53,243 bases of DNA, filler included, from Sluysia triapertura (GCA_046118255.1; 4 parts of 4 records of this genome joined end to end with filler, not necessarily neighbours in it); one strand, 5' to 3'; positions 38,831 to 51,165 are shown, counted from the first letter of the whole stretch. Made by a program: numbers and translations. Notes: a model not told the origin generated them from the letters alone.

Positions 38831-40376
38831 TGTCAACCCTATCTCAATTAAGAACACTAGCGTACAAATTTTTTCAAATGTTCATGTTAAAAAATAATAT
38901 GAACATCCATTAAGGTAACATTAATAAAGATTTCCAGAAAAATTGTATTTATTACAATTTTTATTTCTTTGACACCTAATAAAGTCTTAATTTAAATTAC
39001 CTAGATGCTTTTTCTCCTTGTATTTCATCAATAAGATCCCATATTTTGTTCATCTTATCAGGAATATTAGCTTGAAAATATTTTTCAAGTTTCTTTGCAT
39101 ACTCATAGGCACCGTATCCTGTCATTACCGCACATTCTACCTCTTCAACAGAATTATCATTTGTTTCTCCTACTAGATCAAATAAGAGATGTTCAAACTC
39201 AAAACATAGAAAATCATCCCATTTAGCATTCACCTCTTTAACATACGCATTTTTCAAAGATTTGGTAAAACAATTAGAGATAGTCGCTTTCGAAATCCAA
39301 ACGAACCTTTTAGCACCATATCTCTTATGTAACATTATTATCTAAATTAAAATTCATTAAAACTTTTTATAATACCTTAGTCAAGAAGTTGAATAAGAGA
39401 TAACGTGTTTCGTAGGAAAAAGAATAATTCGATAATAATAAAATTTTCCGCTCCTCTGCTTTCATTTCGAATCTTTTAACCAATCTTGAAAATTCCAAGA
39501 CTTTGTATTCCAATGGTAATAAACTGGTAGTTTTTCTATATAGAAATCTTTAAAACAACGATGTTTCTCCGATCGACCTGTCACTAAAGGCTTTAACTTT
39601 TCTCCTAACATATTTACTCCCAAGAGTATAGTAAATCGATACTATAGTAAATAGTATAATTTGCCTTATCCTCTTTAGAAATTGCATATGTTCTGTTTAA
39701 TGAACATTTCCAGAATGGTCCGGTTTCGTCACAATTATAAACATTTTTATTTTCATATTCTTTTAACTTTTACATATACAATTCCTTAAAATTAAGAATA
39801 AACCTTTCATCCAGGGTTTTGATTCACCAATAATATCATACGCCTGGAACGAAAATGATTAAACCAACCGTTTGACGCTTTAAAATCATGATTTCATAAG
39901 TGCTGTGCTAATTCTAATGCCTTCTCTTGCAATATATCACTACTGATACTGATATTTTTTGTTCTCTGAATCTGGAACCATTCATACAGGATGGCATCAA
40001 TTTGTGTTTTTCTTTACTGTTTGGTATTCAAGTTTGACTTCAAAATGGAGTTTCTAGATTTCATAAGATTATTTATATTGTATTTTGATGAAAGGAAGCA
40101 TTGAGAACAACCTTTATCTTCAGAAAATAATTTTAACAATTCTGCTTCTCTTCGATGCTTAAATCCTTTCTCTTTCGTTTTGGATTTGTATTTTTCATGT
40201 TCATAAAAGGCAGTTAAAATGAATATTTAAACAAAAAATTGGAGAAATTATTAATTTATTTTGCACTAATTATTATTCATTGTTCAAAATAAACAGTGTT
40301 TACATTATTAAACTCAATTTTCCATGAAAACCAAATGTTCATATTAAACTTTGTTCATATTGAAAAGGGTTGACTG
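38831..40376 (-). mobile_element. decayed pogo/Tigger DNA transposon with both terminal inverted repeats
   Basis: TA-CAGTCAACCCTTTTCAATATGAACA at the 40376 end and degenerate GTCAACCCTATCTCAATTAAGAACA at 38832; minus strand encodes CENP-B HTH (LYEWFQIQR..ILQEKALELA..FKASNGWF) and DDE_1 motifs (RFTILLGVNMLGEKLKPLVTGRS..RCFK..LPVYY; NTLSLIQLLD*GIIK; WISKATISNCF). Confidence 0.9.
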
Positions 40377-40653
40377 TATTTCATTTACCTTTGCTCAGTG
40401 TTGACTGATTCTTCCAATATCATTGAATACAATTCTGTTGTTAAACTTTCACTTTTGGACTTGTACCTTTCATAAATAAACAATAGAGGAAGAAGACAGA
40501 CAAATTACTAATTAATAACTCCAATTTAATTCATTATATATTCCGATGCCGTTATTATTATATTGATTTTAATACCTCATATATAGAGATTTGTCAATTA
40601 TCTTATTTATCAAATTTATAATTAAATACCTTTCTCATAAATTCTTTTCAATT

Positions 40654-40753
40654 NNNNNNNNNNNNNNNNNNNNNNNNNNNNNNNNNNNNNNNNNNNNTTA
40701 ATTAATTAANNNNNNNNNNNNNNNNNNNNNNNNNNNNNNNNNNNNNNNNNNNN
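40654..40753. other. artificial contig spacer
   Basis: N44-TTAATTAATTAA-N44. Confidence 0.97.
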
Positions 40754-41204
40754 TAGGATCATTATAAATGTTTTCTTTATCATGATTCTTATTTCAACAA
40801 TGTTTATAATGTTTAATCCATCACTTGTACTAGTTTTTCCCTCATTTTATGATTTTACATATGTTCATTCATCTCCAGATCCTCAGTTGGGCAATCCCAA
40901 CACTATCAATTTTCTATGGCACTTTAGGTCTGTACCCCAACATATGTCACCAAATTCAATTATGTTTGACCTCAAACATCTTATATCATTTACTTCAACA
41001 TCAGAAGGGTATTCGATATGTGGGCTCACCCGGAACCTCTAGCTACCAGCAGGTAATGAATGAATAATTTGGCATAAATTATGAAATGAAAGTATAAAAC
41101 TTGAAGACAGAAGAATTTTTTAAGCGAGATTTAGTATTTAGAAGAATAAAAAGAAGATTTTATTTAAAAAAGAATTCCCGACAAAAATTTGAATTTAAAT
41201 TCCA

Positions 41205-41772
41205 TGTCAAAGTAATTAATTTTTTGATAAGTTTTAATCGTTTAACTCTATAAGGAAACGTAAAATCGACTCCAAATCATTTTTATTTTTATGCAACACC
41301 TTAATATGGGTTGTGAAACATATTCCTATAATCTTGTGAAACGGCCAACGGAGGTTGAGGTCGTTGCTTAAATTATTATTCATATTATAACTTTCTTTTT
41401 AATAATTTTTGTAAGAATTAATTTTTGTCGTTAATATACTTTAGGAATATTAGAGTCTTTTAATTTAATAAACTTATAAAATTCGTTTTGTTAATCAACA
41501 CCTTAATACGGATTGTGTAATTATAAAATCTGTAATTTTAATTAAACAACACCTCGTAAAGGGTTGTATTATAAATTAATTAAAAAAGAGTCACAAGAGA
41601 TTAATCATTTTTATATAAGTCATAAGTAAAGAAGTTTTTCTAAAGTTAATTAAGTTAAGTTATAAAAAATCCTAATAGTACGTCTAATAGAGTTATAAAT
41701 CGTATATATTAGGCGAACCGACTCTTTAGATATTTTGTAAGTAAGATTAAGTTTTTAATGGAAACACTTTCA
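41205..41772 (+). repeat. putative 5' LTR of element B (5' boundary uncertain)
   Basis: Ends in CA at 41771-41772, five bases before the PBS; shares sequence blocks with 25250-25300 and the reverse complement of ~11375-11425; TG at 41205 is only a candidate start. Confidence 0.5.
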
Positions 41773-41777
41773 AAATT

Positions 41778-41795
41778 TGGCACCCGAATTGGAAC
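41778..41795 (+). promoter_or_regulatory. primer-binding site, tRNA-Lys-like
   Basis: TGGCACCCGAATTGGAAC matches the tRNA-Lys(UUU) PBS TGGCGCCCGAACAGGGAC at 14/18 positions and precedes a T-rich leader and gag. Confidence 0.75.
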
Positions 41796-42104
41796 CACTT
41801 GAAGTATATTAAAGTTTATATATTAAGTTTTGATTTCATATTGAAGTTAAGTTATTGATTAAAGTTAAATTTAAGCTTTTGATTTAAGTTACTGTTGAAT
41901 TTAATTAAAGTTTAAAGTTTATTGATTTTGTTTTCGATAAGTTATATTTGTTTAATTGATTAAGTTTTTACGTTTATTGATATTGTTAAGTTGTTGATAA
42001 TTTGAACACATTAAGTTTATTAAGCATTAAGTTTTTGATAAATTACGATTAAGTTAAATAAGTTTCGATTATCTGATTTGATTTTTTACGTTTACATTTG
42101 ATTT

Positions 42105-43510
42105 TTGAATCTTACGTTAAGAATAGATAAAAATAATAACCCTATGAAGAAATATAAGAGAACTTTAAGAAGCAACTCACTTGAGAGATTTACAATGACA
42201 GTACCATTTGAAGAATTTAAAGATTGTATGACTCAACTGACCCAGAATGTTAAGCCAATAGTAATACTTCCAGAAATGCGCGAGTTTAGTGGCGCCGAGG
42301 AAGATCTTTGTGATTTTTTATTTGAATTCGATAGCCTAGCTGAAGCTAATGGCTGGTCACCGATAGATAAGGTTAAGAGAATACAACATTATTTAACTGG
42401 TGTTCGATACAAACATATAAGGAGATAAAAGATGAACATAAGGAAGATTGGAATACAATAGAAGACCTAAGAAAATACTACGCGAGAATGCTTAATATAA
42501 GGGTACCGAAACCGCACGAAACAGTTTGTGAATTTGCCTACGCTTTTAGAAGTTTAGCATCCAGAGCCAGGATTGCAGATAACCGAAAAGAAATAGTATT
42601 AATAGATAAGTTTATATAGATTTAATTGAGGAAATCCCATTCAAAGACACAGCTAAGAAATGAAGAAGTATTGAACGTACTAAAAATGAAACCAGAAAAA
42701 AATATAAGTTACACAGATGATAGCAAGAATACAAGAAATAATTATAAACATAAATATGAGAATTCCTTTGACGATAATAATTATAATGAACCCCCTAAGT
42801 ATGAGAATTCCTTTGAAGACAGTAACTTTAATAGTAATAACAGTAGTGTTAATGGGAATAGAGATAACAGTATCAATAACTTTCGAGGTAACAAAAGAAG
42901 AAATTCAAATAATTTTAGAAATAATCCGGTAACAAATTACACTAATGTTGGTAGAAGTAATAGAGGATTTGAGAAGAGACAAATAAATGATATGGGTTCA
43001 AGAGAGTATGAACAACGTCCACTGCCAAGATGGCCCAGTAAACAAGCGAATAATACTAATAATAATTCAGTAAGAGACAAAAGTCCTGCACAATCAAACT
43101 ATAATAACAATTATGAAACTAGAACAAATATAGAAGGTGATATAGTATGTCACAGTTGTGGTAGACATGGGCACTATGCTCGAAATTGTAATAAGTTAAG
43201 GTCAAATACTTTTAAGCAATTTTTAAATAAAATGTCGAACTCTAGACAGGCCTCACCAAGGAGAGTAAAATTCGACATGAGTAGGAATGACGGACAAATA
43301 AATTGCAATTATAATGAGGAGTATGAAGATTACAGATATGAAAGACATCCAAGAACACTGACAAATGAAGAGGAAGAGATGTTAAGAGAATTTTGTATAG
43401 AAAAAATGGACAATAATGAAATTGAGGAAGAAAAGAACAACCCAGGAGTAGGCATGATGAAGAAGAGGATATGTTTATTAATTATTTACATAATTACTTT
43501 ATGGAGTTAG
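42105..43510 (+). pseudogene. gag: gag of element B
   Basis: Capsid-like REFSGAEEDLCDFLFEFDSLAEANGWS..YLTG; KPHETVCEFAYAFRSLA; Asn-rich linker; zinc knuckle CHSCGRHGHYARNC. Confidence 0.92.
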
Positions 43511-45036
43511 TAAAAGAAAAGAAAAAGGAATATAAGAAGAGTAAAGAGATGGAAGAGCAGCAAAAATCAAAAATAATTAAAAGTGCTCAGCAAATTGAAG
43601 AAGAAAAAAAATATGCCGAAGTAATTTTAAGTAGATGGATGAAGCATAGCGGTATAACAGAAGAGGACGAAGACAGATATCGATAGTGTATTAAACATAG
43701 AAGAAGAAATAATTAGCTTATACGATCAAGAAGAAGAACTGGATGACATACTCTCAGATACTGAGCCAATGATTATTTTAGGTAATGAAGAAGATATACC
43801 AACCGAGGAAAATAGCACACAGAAAACAACATTTAGTGGTTTATCTAAAGAGGTAGAAATATTTCTTTCAGATTTATCAGAAGCTAAAAATATGGATACA
43901 AATTTAAATATACTTTTAAAAATAAATTTAGATATGTTTAATAGACAAAATATTAGGTCATGTTTACTTTACTTAAGTCAGGCAGATAGCACACATAGCT
44001 TTAAGGCAAGGATTGGTATGTTTATTTATGGAATTACCTGTTACTATAGTAGTAAAAGATGCATTTGACATGCTTAAACTATTTCTTTAAATTATATTTC
44101 TTTAATAGATATTTAGAACCCAGAGAATATTTAATAAATTACGGTTACCCGTTGGGTGATCATGACGAAATGATAAAGGCAGAAATAGTACAAGAAAATT
44201 CAAATAATGTTGAAAACGAAACAAATAAAAATGATAATGAATCCCCACATACGTTACCAAGACAATTAATGGAGGATGATGATAAACATGTAGTTGACAT
44301 TGATGCTGAAGCAGAAAATAATGAGTTAGTTGATATCGATGCCGAAGAAGGAAAAGATGAGCCCCCCGATTATATAGTAAACCTTAATAAAAACACATAT
44401 ATAAACCGTCGACAAGGAAACAAATACAATAAAAAGAAGACCTGGGCGTCCACGAAGAGACGAAAATGATATAATAACTGCACCTGTTGTTAAGAATACT
44501 ATTAATTTATCAAAAATAAACTGTGAAAATGATGATGAAATTGAATTAGATAGTAAAGGAATAATTTTTGCATTTTTGTCCGAAAAGTTTACTAATTTTA
44601 CTAAATATAAGAAGTTATTGGCGGAAATCAACAAAGAGTATAAAGTTTCTATAAATAAATTAATAAGAAAGTTTGAAGAAAGATATAAGGATAAAGACAT
44701 TAGTGATTTTATAGAAAACGAGCAATAAAAGGTGGCAATAATTAAGTTAATTAATAAAGGATTGGATGAGGAAAAGTTGAAAATAATCTTAACGTACGTT
44801 AGATACCAATGCAACCAAGAAAGAATGGTTACAAAAATAAAATAGATAAGGTTATAGATTTTGTAATTAAGAAAACTAAATTATGGATTGAAAATCAAGT
44901 AGGTTGGCGCAATATAATAAAAGGGAAAAAGAATCAAAAAACGGAAGAGCCGACAAATATAATGGCACAATTATTCGACAATAACGGTAACATATTAAAT
45001 AGGACAATACCAAGGATAGGTAATTTGACAAATAAT

Positions 45037-46851
45037 ATGCTGTTTATCGTAATACCATTAACAATGTTCGGCATAAATAGAACTAATGCAATAAAGACAT
45101 TTGACTGTAGCCGGATACAAATGGGCAGAAAATTTTCATTATTCGACACAGAAGATTGTCCTGAATCAAGGCCAAATAGAATACGGTAAAAGATATTAAA
45201 ATAATGAGTGTTTACTAAGAAGGTAATCTAATAACGACTCTAATATGTAAAACGATCAGTGGCAGTCTGGTATTGCGGTCACCATATCCATTCATTAATA
45301 ATAGAATTATCTAATGTACTTAAACATAAACAATGTAGAGATGCATTTGAGACCGGCTATATAAGTCTAACAAAGGGAGACACATTGAAAATGGGAAATA
45401 ATGAAAAGATAATTTATAATATAAGAACTGCCGGAAATGTACTAATAGATGTGACATGTGAACAAGGAACAATATAATATGAAGGAAAAAAGAAACATAC
45501 GTAGTTAGTTTGAAATCTTTTAACGAGAGTTTTGATATGGAAAAAGGTACAGTGATCAAACCAGTTGCGACACTGGAGAATCAATACTAATTTAAGAATT
45601 GGACAAAATTCAATGTCCACTAATATTCCTTAAACAAATAAAATTTAATGTAATATCAGGATTCATGTATCAAGATAAAGACAAATACCCATTAGAAGAA
45701 ATAAATAAAAATACGGACCACATACAAAGAAAAAGACTAGATGAGGTCGAAACACCGACAATACTAATGACCAGTAGAGAAGAAGATGGTTTAATTTTTA
45801 TTTCAAAAAGGAACAATAATCTGCTGTGGAAAAGAAATAACAGAAACTAACTACTAAGGAATTTATCTCTCAGAGAAAATAATTCAAATAGCTAAGAAAG
45901 GCGTTGATACAAAAAAAACATAAAAGTAAATGCCTATATTAACAATAAAATCGATTTCTATTGCCATTTAGGATTGATTTCAAATTATGGTTATTCGGGA
46001 GTGTCAATTAAACAAAGAAATTTTGCACACAAAATTGTCACTAGCTATTACAAATACAGATTTTAGTCGCACTATTACTTCCATTAAAAGAAGGAATTTT
46101 CGGTCGACTAATGGGAAAGGTATTGTACACGTACAAATGTAAAAAGGTAGAAGTGCAATTAAAGTCAACTACCGAATGCACAATTGAATTACCTATATTA
46201 TACGGTAAAACAGAAGCATACCTTGACCAGTAACCAGAGTAATATTTCCAAATAATAAAGTCAAACCAAAATCAAATGTCATGGCACTGGAATATAGAAT
46301 TGATGATAATTTATGGATATCCTTACCACATAGAAGCCAGGTAAAAACTCCAGAAATAATAAGACTAACCGAATTAAAAGAAAAACTGAAATTTTTGGCT
46401 AGAAAAAATATACAAAATTCTGGCATTTATACGAATGACGATATTCAAGCAGCCTGGCGGGTGATACTATTCCCAATAAAGAGGTCAAAAGTTTTTGTAG
46501 ATAAAGCAACAATTAAAAAGAATGAACAAATAAATTTCGAATTACTATTGGAACCCGATCACTTTAAAAGAGCTGCACAAGATACACTGAAACAGATCTG
46601 TGGAATTAATATTAGGACAAGCATTTTCTGGATTAATAGGAATATATATATATATGTATATGATTAAGGTAATAGCGTTGATAATTTCTCAAGCCTTTTC
46701 AGTAGTCGGAATTTATAAAATCTCAGGATTTTTGTGGAAATTGATAATTGGATGTTTTCCATTCCTGGCAAAATACCTCTTGCACCACCATGCAAATGCT
46801 CAAATAAATGGATTAAGAAAAGAAAGACAATACACAGAAGATAACAATTAA
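45037..46851 (+). pseudogene. env: chuvirus/Jingchuvirales-like (class III-type) envelope glycoprotein of element B
   Basis: Signal peptide MLFIVIPLTMFGINRTNA then IKTFDCS..FSLFDTEDCP, WYCGHH, CRDAFETG, TCEQG, GIFGRLMGKVLYTYKCKKVEVQL...ECTIELPILYG, PVTRVI, SGIYT..D..VILFP and a C-terminal TM region; this motif order is what I recognise from chuvirus-type G proteins. Confidence 0.85.
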
Positions 46852-46994
46852 AAATATTACAATAGAGTAAAAATGAAGAAATAATAGAAAATCAAAAATG
46901 CATTGAAATTCAGAAAAACATAGAAACAACTAACGAAAATAAGAAAAGAGGACTATATCCTATTACTCCAACATCACCACCCCACGTAATCTAT

Positions 46995-47310
46995 ATGATA
47001 TGCGCTAATAACAATTATAATGGTTCAAAGAGACCAATAGTAAATGCTAGAATAGTAAACGGTAGAGTAGTAACAGCACTAATTGATATAGGAGCACTAG
47101 CCTCCTTAATCAACGAAAATTTCTTACATAAAGATGAATTAAAAAATTTAGCTAATCATACCTCTCATCTATCAGGGGTTACAGGCGATGCAATTAATAT
47201 AACTGGAGTAATGAAAGCTATATGCGAATTAGGACAAAATAGATTAGAAATTAAATTAAGAGTTATGAAAAATGTCCAGAAGAAATGATAATGGGAATGG
47301 CATATTGTCT
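46995..47310 (+). pseudogene. aspartic protease of element B
   Basis: RPIVNARIVNGRVVTALIDIGALASLINE...LSGVTGDAINITG...(frameshift) MIMGM. Confidence 0.88.
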
Positions 47311-47729
47311 CAATTAAAAGGAGTAAAATTAATGGATAGTCAATCAAAAAGAACTATTGATGATGATGACGTATAGGTATATGAACAAATCTGGTTAGTA
47401 AAAAGAAGTGAATATATAATGCCGGTCAAGACAAACAGTTTATTAACCGGAAATATCATGTTTATTGCACCAGATGTTAGATATAGGAATAGCTAGTGTA
47501 GTGTGGGAAAATACGTTAGGATTATAAACTACAGAGACAAAATTAGAAAAAAAGTTAAATATACAATACCATTTCGGAAAATAAAAGTAAAAATAAGATA
47601 AAAAGTAACATGAAATTACAACATGAGATACAAGACGAAAATTACGGTGAAATAGAAATTAATAATAACAGATATATTAATTATAAAGTGTCATTTACCG
47701 ATATCCAGGAGCAATAGCGAGAAATTGTA

Positions 47730-48260
47730 ATAATAAAACACGAGATACCGCTAATATTAGATAAAGTAATCCGAAAAAAGCCATACAGAATACCAATACG
47801 TATTCAAGAGCAAATAGATACCATGAAAAAAGCCGGAGTGATAAGACCAAGCTTCTCACCTTTCATCTTCAGTTTTATTAGTTAAGAAAAAAGATGGTAC
47901 AATGAGATTTTGTATAGATTTTAGAGAATTAAACAAGATAAGAAAAGACGTATTTCCTTTACCACGAATAGATGAAATGTTGGACAAATTAGGAAACGCC
48001 ACATATTTTACAACCATTGATCTACAAAGCGGTTATTGGCAAATCGAAATCGCTGAGAAAAATAAACATAAAACCGCATTCACTTGTGGCGATGAACTAT
48101 ATGAATGTGAAAAAATGCCATTCGGATTAACCTGCAACTTTCCAAAGGTGCATGAATTTCGTATACATAATAATATTTTCTAAAGATTTCGAATCACATT
48201 TAAAAGAATTAATTACAATATCTTGATATAATCATTTAAAGTTTAAACCAGAAAATTGGT
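47730..48260 (+). pseudogene. pol: reverse transcriptase (N-terminal half) of element B
   Basis: [76 protein letters not shown]; YxDD region damaged. Confidence 0.95.
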
Positions 48261-50304
48261 CCATTCTTATCACTTGCTGCATTGAGAAGTCTTTGAAAAT
48301 CCTATAGGTACATCTTTCTTCGGATTATAAAATGTATACTACAGGCGAACCCAGAGTTGCTAAAAACTAATTTTGCAAAAAAGAGATTTAGTAATCGAGC
48401 ATCATGATGTAATATCAGGAGAAAATACAAATATTAACAAAAGTATACAAATATTTTAGGTAATTAATGAAATTACGGAGGACTGTTGGTTAAATTTCAC
48501 CAAATCAGAAATGTAATTATAAGATATGAAACTAAAAGCATGAGAAAGTGTCAAGTTAGCACATAGATAAAAGTAGCTTAGAAGAGTGGAAATATGCTCC
48601 TAACACGATTCGCGTAAAGTTTATATTAGGCTGATAATTATTCAAGCCTTAAACCAACTAACCAACAATCAATTATCAATAAAAATACCATACAATAAAT
48701 ATCAATTTTTGAAATAGTCTGAAAATTTTTAAAAACTAATTATCTTAAAAATATTTCTTATAGAACAATAAAACACTAAGAATTCGCTAAACCTCTTAAA
48801 AGAATATTAATAAATACTTGCTAATATTAAATTTCAGTCCAATAATTATAATATATGTCGCTAAAATCTAGTATCGGACAACTGGATTTTTTGTAATTTG
48901 AATATTCATAAATGTGATGCGTTATTAATATATTACAATAAGTTTTTTTAGTAAAGTGTTAAATATTAAAAAATTATATTTCAAAGATCTGTTGAATTGT
49001 GTTTTCTATACAATTGTTAGTAATTATATTTATTATTTGTGTGTGTATACTATTCTTGATTAATTTATGATTTTAAATTTAGTATTATTTATTAATGTAT
49101 TAGAAATACTTTGAAATTTGATATGATTGTTTTATTTAAGTTTTTACTGAAATTGTTAATAGCTTTAGAGTTAAAATTTAAAACGGTATCAAAAATAATA
49201 GTATTATTTTCAATAGCGCTTTTCACGATTTTTATATGAAGAGGTGCTATTAAAAATGTTATCACTCAGTAAAGATTCCATTTTTCAAAGCTTATGTCAT
49301 GGAATTTAGTCACTGAAAAAATGTAGTTTATTTCTGATGAATATTTTATACATAAAACTTATTGTTTCTATTAAGAGACCATATAAAAATAAATTTAAAA
49401 AGTATACTATAAAAACAAATGCTTAGTTATAGTTTTCAGTAATGGTAGAAAAAAATTAGAAATTTGTCCTCATAGAGTAAATTCGATTGAATGTCAGACT
49501 TTTAAATTATAATTTTATTAATGAAACTGGATATAATAAAATTATGCAACATAGATAGATAACAAGTTACACAACGTACCTTATATAGATAATTCTACAA
49601 CACATGTGACCTTTGATCAATTGAAATCTGAACTATATTAATATTAAAGATGGTTTATTTAACAAATTTAAAATTTAGTGGCTAAACATTTTCAATACTA
49701 CAACTTTAAATCTATTCCATCTCAATTACAAGCTATCTATAAATGTGCTGTGGTTTTCTTAACTACGGCAAATAAAACTGAACAGGGCCCAGTTACAGTA
49801 AACGACTTATGACAAATCTTAACGAAGTGAGAATATGTAAAGATTGCTTTAATAATTGTACTTATAGTTTTTCTTTAGAGGGTCTTATAATTAATGATAT
49901 TAATCAAAGTTTCTTTTTATTTTTAAATTTCCAAAAAATACTTCCAAATTATATCAAAAAAACAGTTTTCTATTATCACAATCGATTAATTAATTTCTTG
50001 TATAATTTAACTTCGATTAAACTGAAAATTAAAAACAAAGAAAGAACTGAAAATTTTATTAACAACTACAATACAAAGAAAAAATGTAGTCAAATAGAAA
50101 TAATAAAAATTGATATTTTAAAATTAAAATCCCAAACGATCTTTAATTTATACTTTTTAATAATATAATTTGAATATAAAAATTTCACCTTAGTAGATCG
50201 GGATAAACAAATTTAAATAAATGATTTTCGTAAGATTTATAGAAACAGAACTTACAGAAATATAACTTACTGAATGTTTGCTAGAATGATAAATCTGCGC
50301 TTAA

Positions 50305-51165
50305 TTATCTGAGATAGCCGATTAAAATTGATTGCGCAGTTGCTCCAAGCGATATAAAATTTTTGATTCTATCTTCTAAATAGTTTTCTCTCCCATTAAA
50401 CGAAAATTTATTAACAAAATGGTGGTTAAATCCAAAATGACGATTATCACTAAACTGATGCAAATTTATATATTCTTCACCAGCCAATAAGAATCGATGA
50501 AATATTCTAGAATGTTCTGGAAACTTTTTTTCTAATTTTAGTATTAAGTTTTCTTTTTTAGAAAATAAGTTTCTTTCTTGGAAATTGACGATTTAAAAAG
50601 GTTTATTTTAATAGATTTAATAATTTGAAAGGGTTGTGATAATAAATGAAATGTGGAGAACAAAAAATTAACGACAATTATATTATTTATTATACTTACG
50701 TTTGTTTTTGTTAAATTGTGCAATTTTTTCTGTTACGTTAAATACTTTTGAAATCTGATTATTTAATATTAAACATAAATTTTAATAATTATATATTATA
50801 AGAATGATTGTTTTTTCACTAAGAATTCAAAAATTGATTTTATTTTTAAAATTTATGTAGTTGTTTGGTATAAGTGTATTGAAATGACATTTAATGTAAA
50901 GATATCGAAATTTAATATGAAACTTTTTGATATGTTTGTTAAATTCAAGTTTTAATTTATTTAACGAAAAAATATACAAATTAAATTTATTGAGTATCCT
51001 GATTTATTCTCCATATGTTGATTCCGCAAAAGTAAATGTCTCTGTTTATTAAATTTATTAATCTCTATTAATTGCATTTGCAAAATCCGCAAATCTTCAA
51101 ATATTGCTTCTAGAAAACTTTCATTTTTGCGAAAAGAATTTTTGGTGAAGTTTTTCAACTGAACC
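50305..51165 (-). CDS. possible exons or remnants of an unidentified gene
   Basis: Two minus-strand ORFs (50305-50487, 50961-51158), the latter preceded by a tttag acceptor-like site; no family recognised. Confidence 0.25.

Larger units (their letters stand above)
41205..48260 (+). mobile_element. decayed env-bearing Ty3/gypsy LTR retroelement B (gag - X - env - PR - RT; 3' truncated)
   Basis: LTR end and PBS, gag, glycoprotein, protease and RT are colinear on the + strand with uniform A-rich composition. Confidence 0.92.

Noticed and set aside
38997-39660. Host gene with a short GT-AG intron captured inside a transposon
   Set aside because: The translated pieces are successive DDE_1 motifs of the pogo transposase itself; the apparent intron overlaps the GIIKSF coding motif.
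28336-47347. Antisense ORFs over the retroelements (e.g. 28336-28620, 29147-29470, 30778-31188, 44326-44814, 46193-46426)
   Set aside because: Shadow frames of A-rich coding strands giving F/L/S/I-rich text without motifs.
49500-49810. Fibronectin type III-like remnant (ETGYIINY..VTFDQLKSELY; YKCAVVFLT)
   Set aside because: Resemblance too weak and interrupted by stops to support a call.
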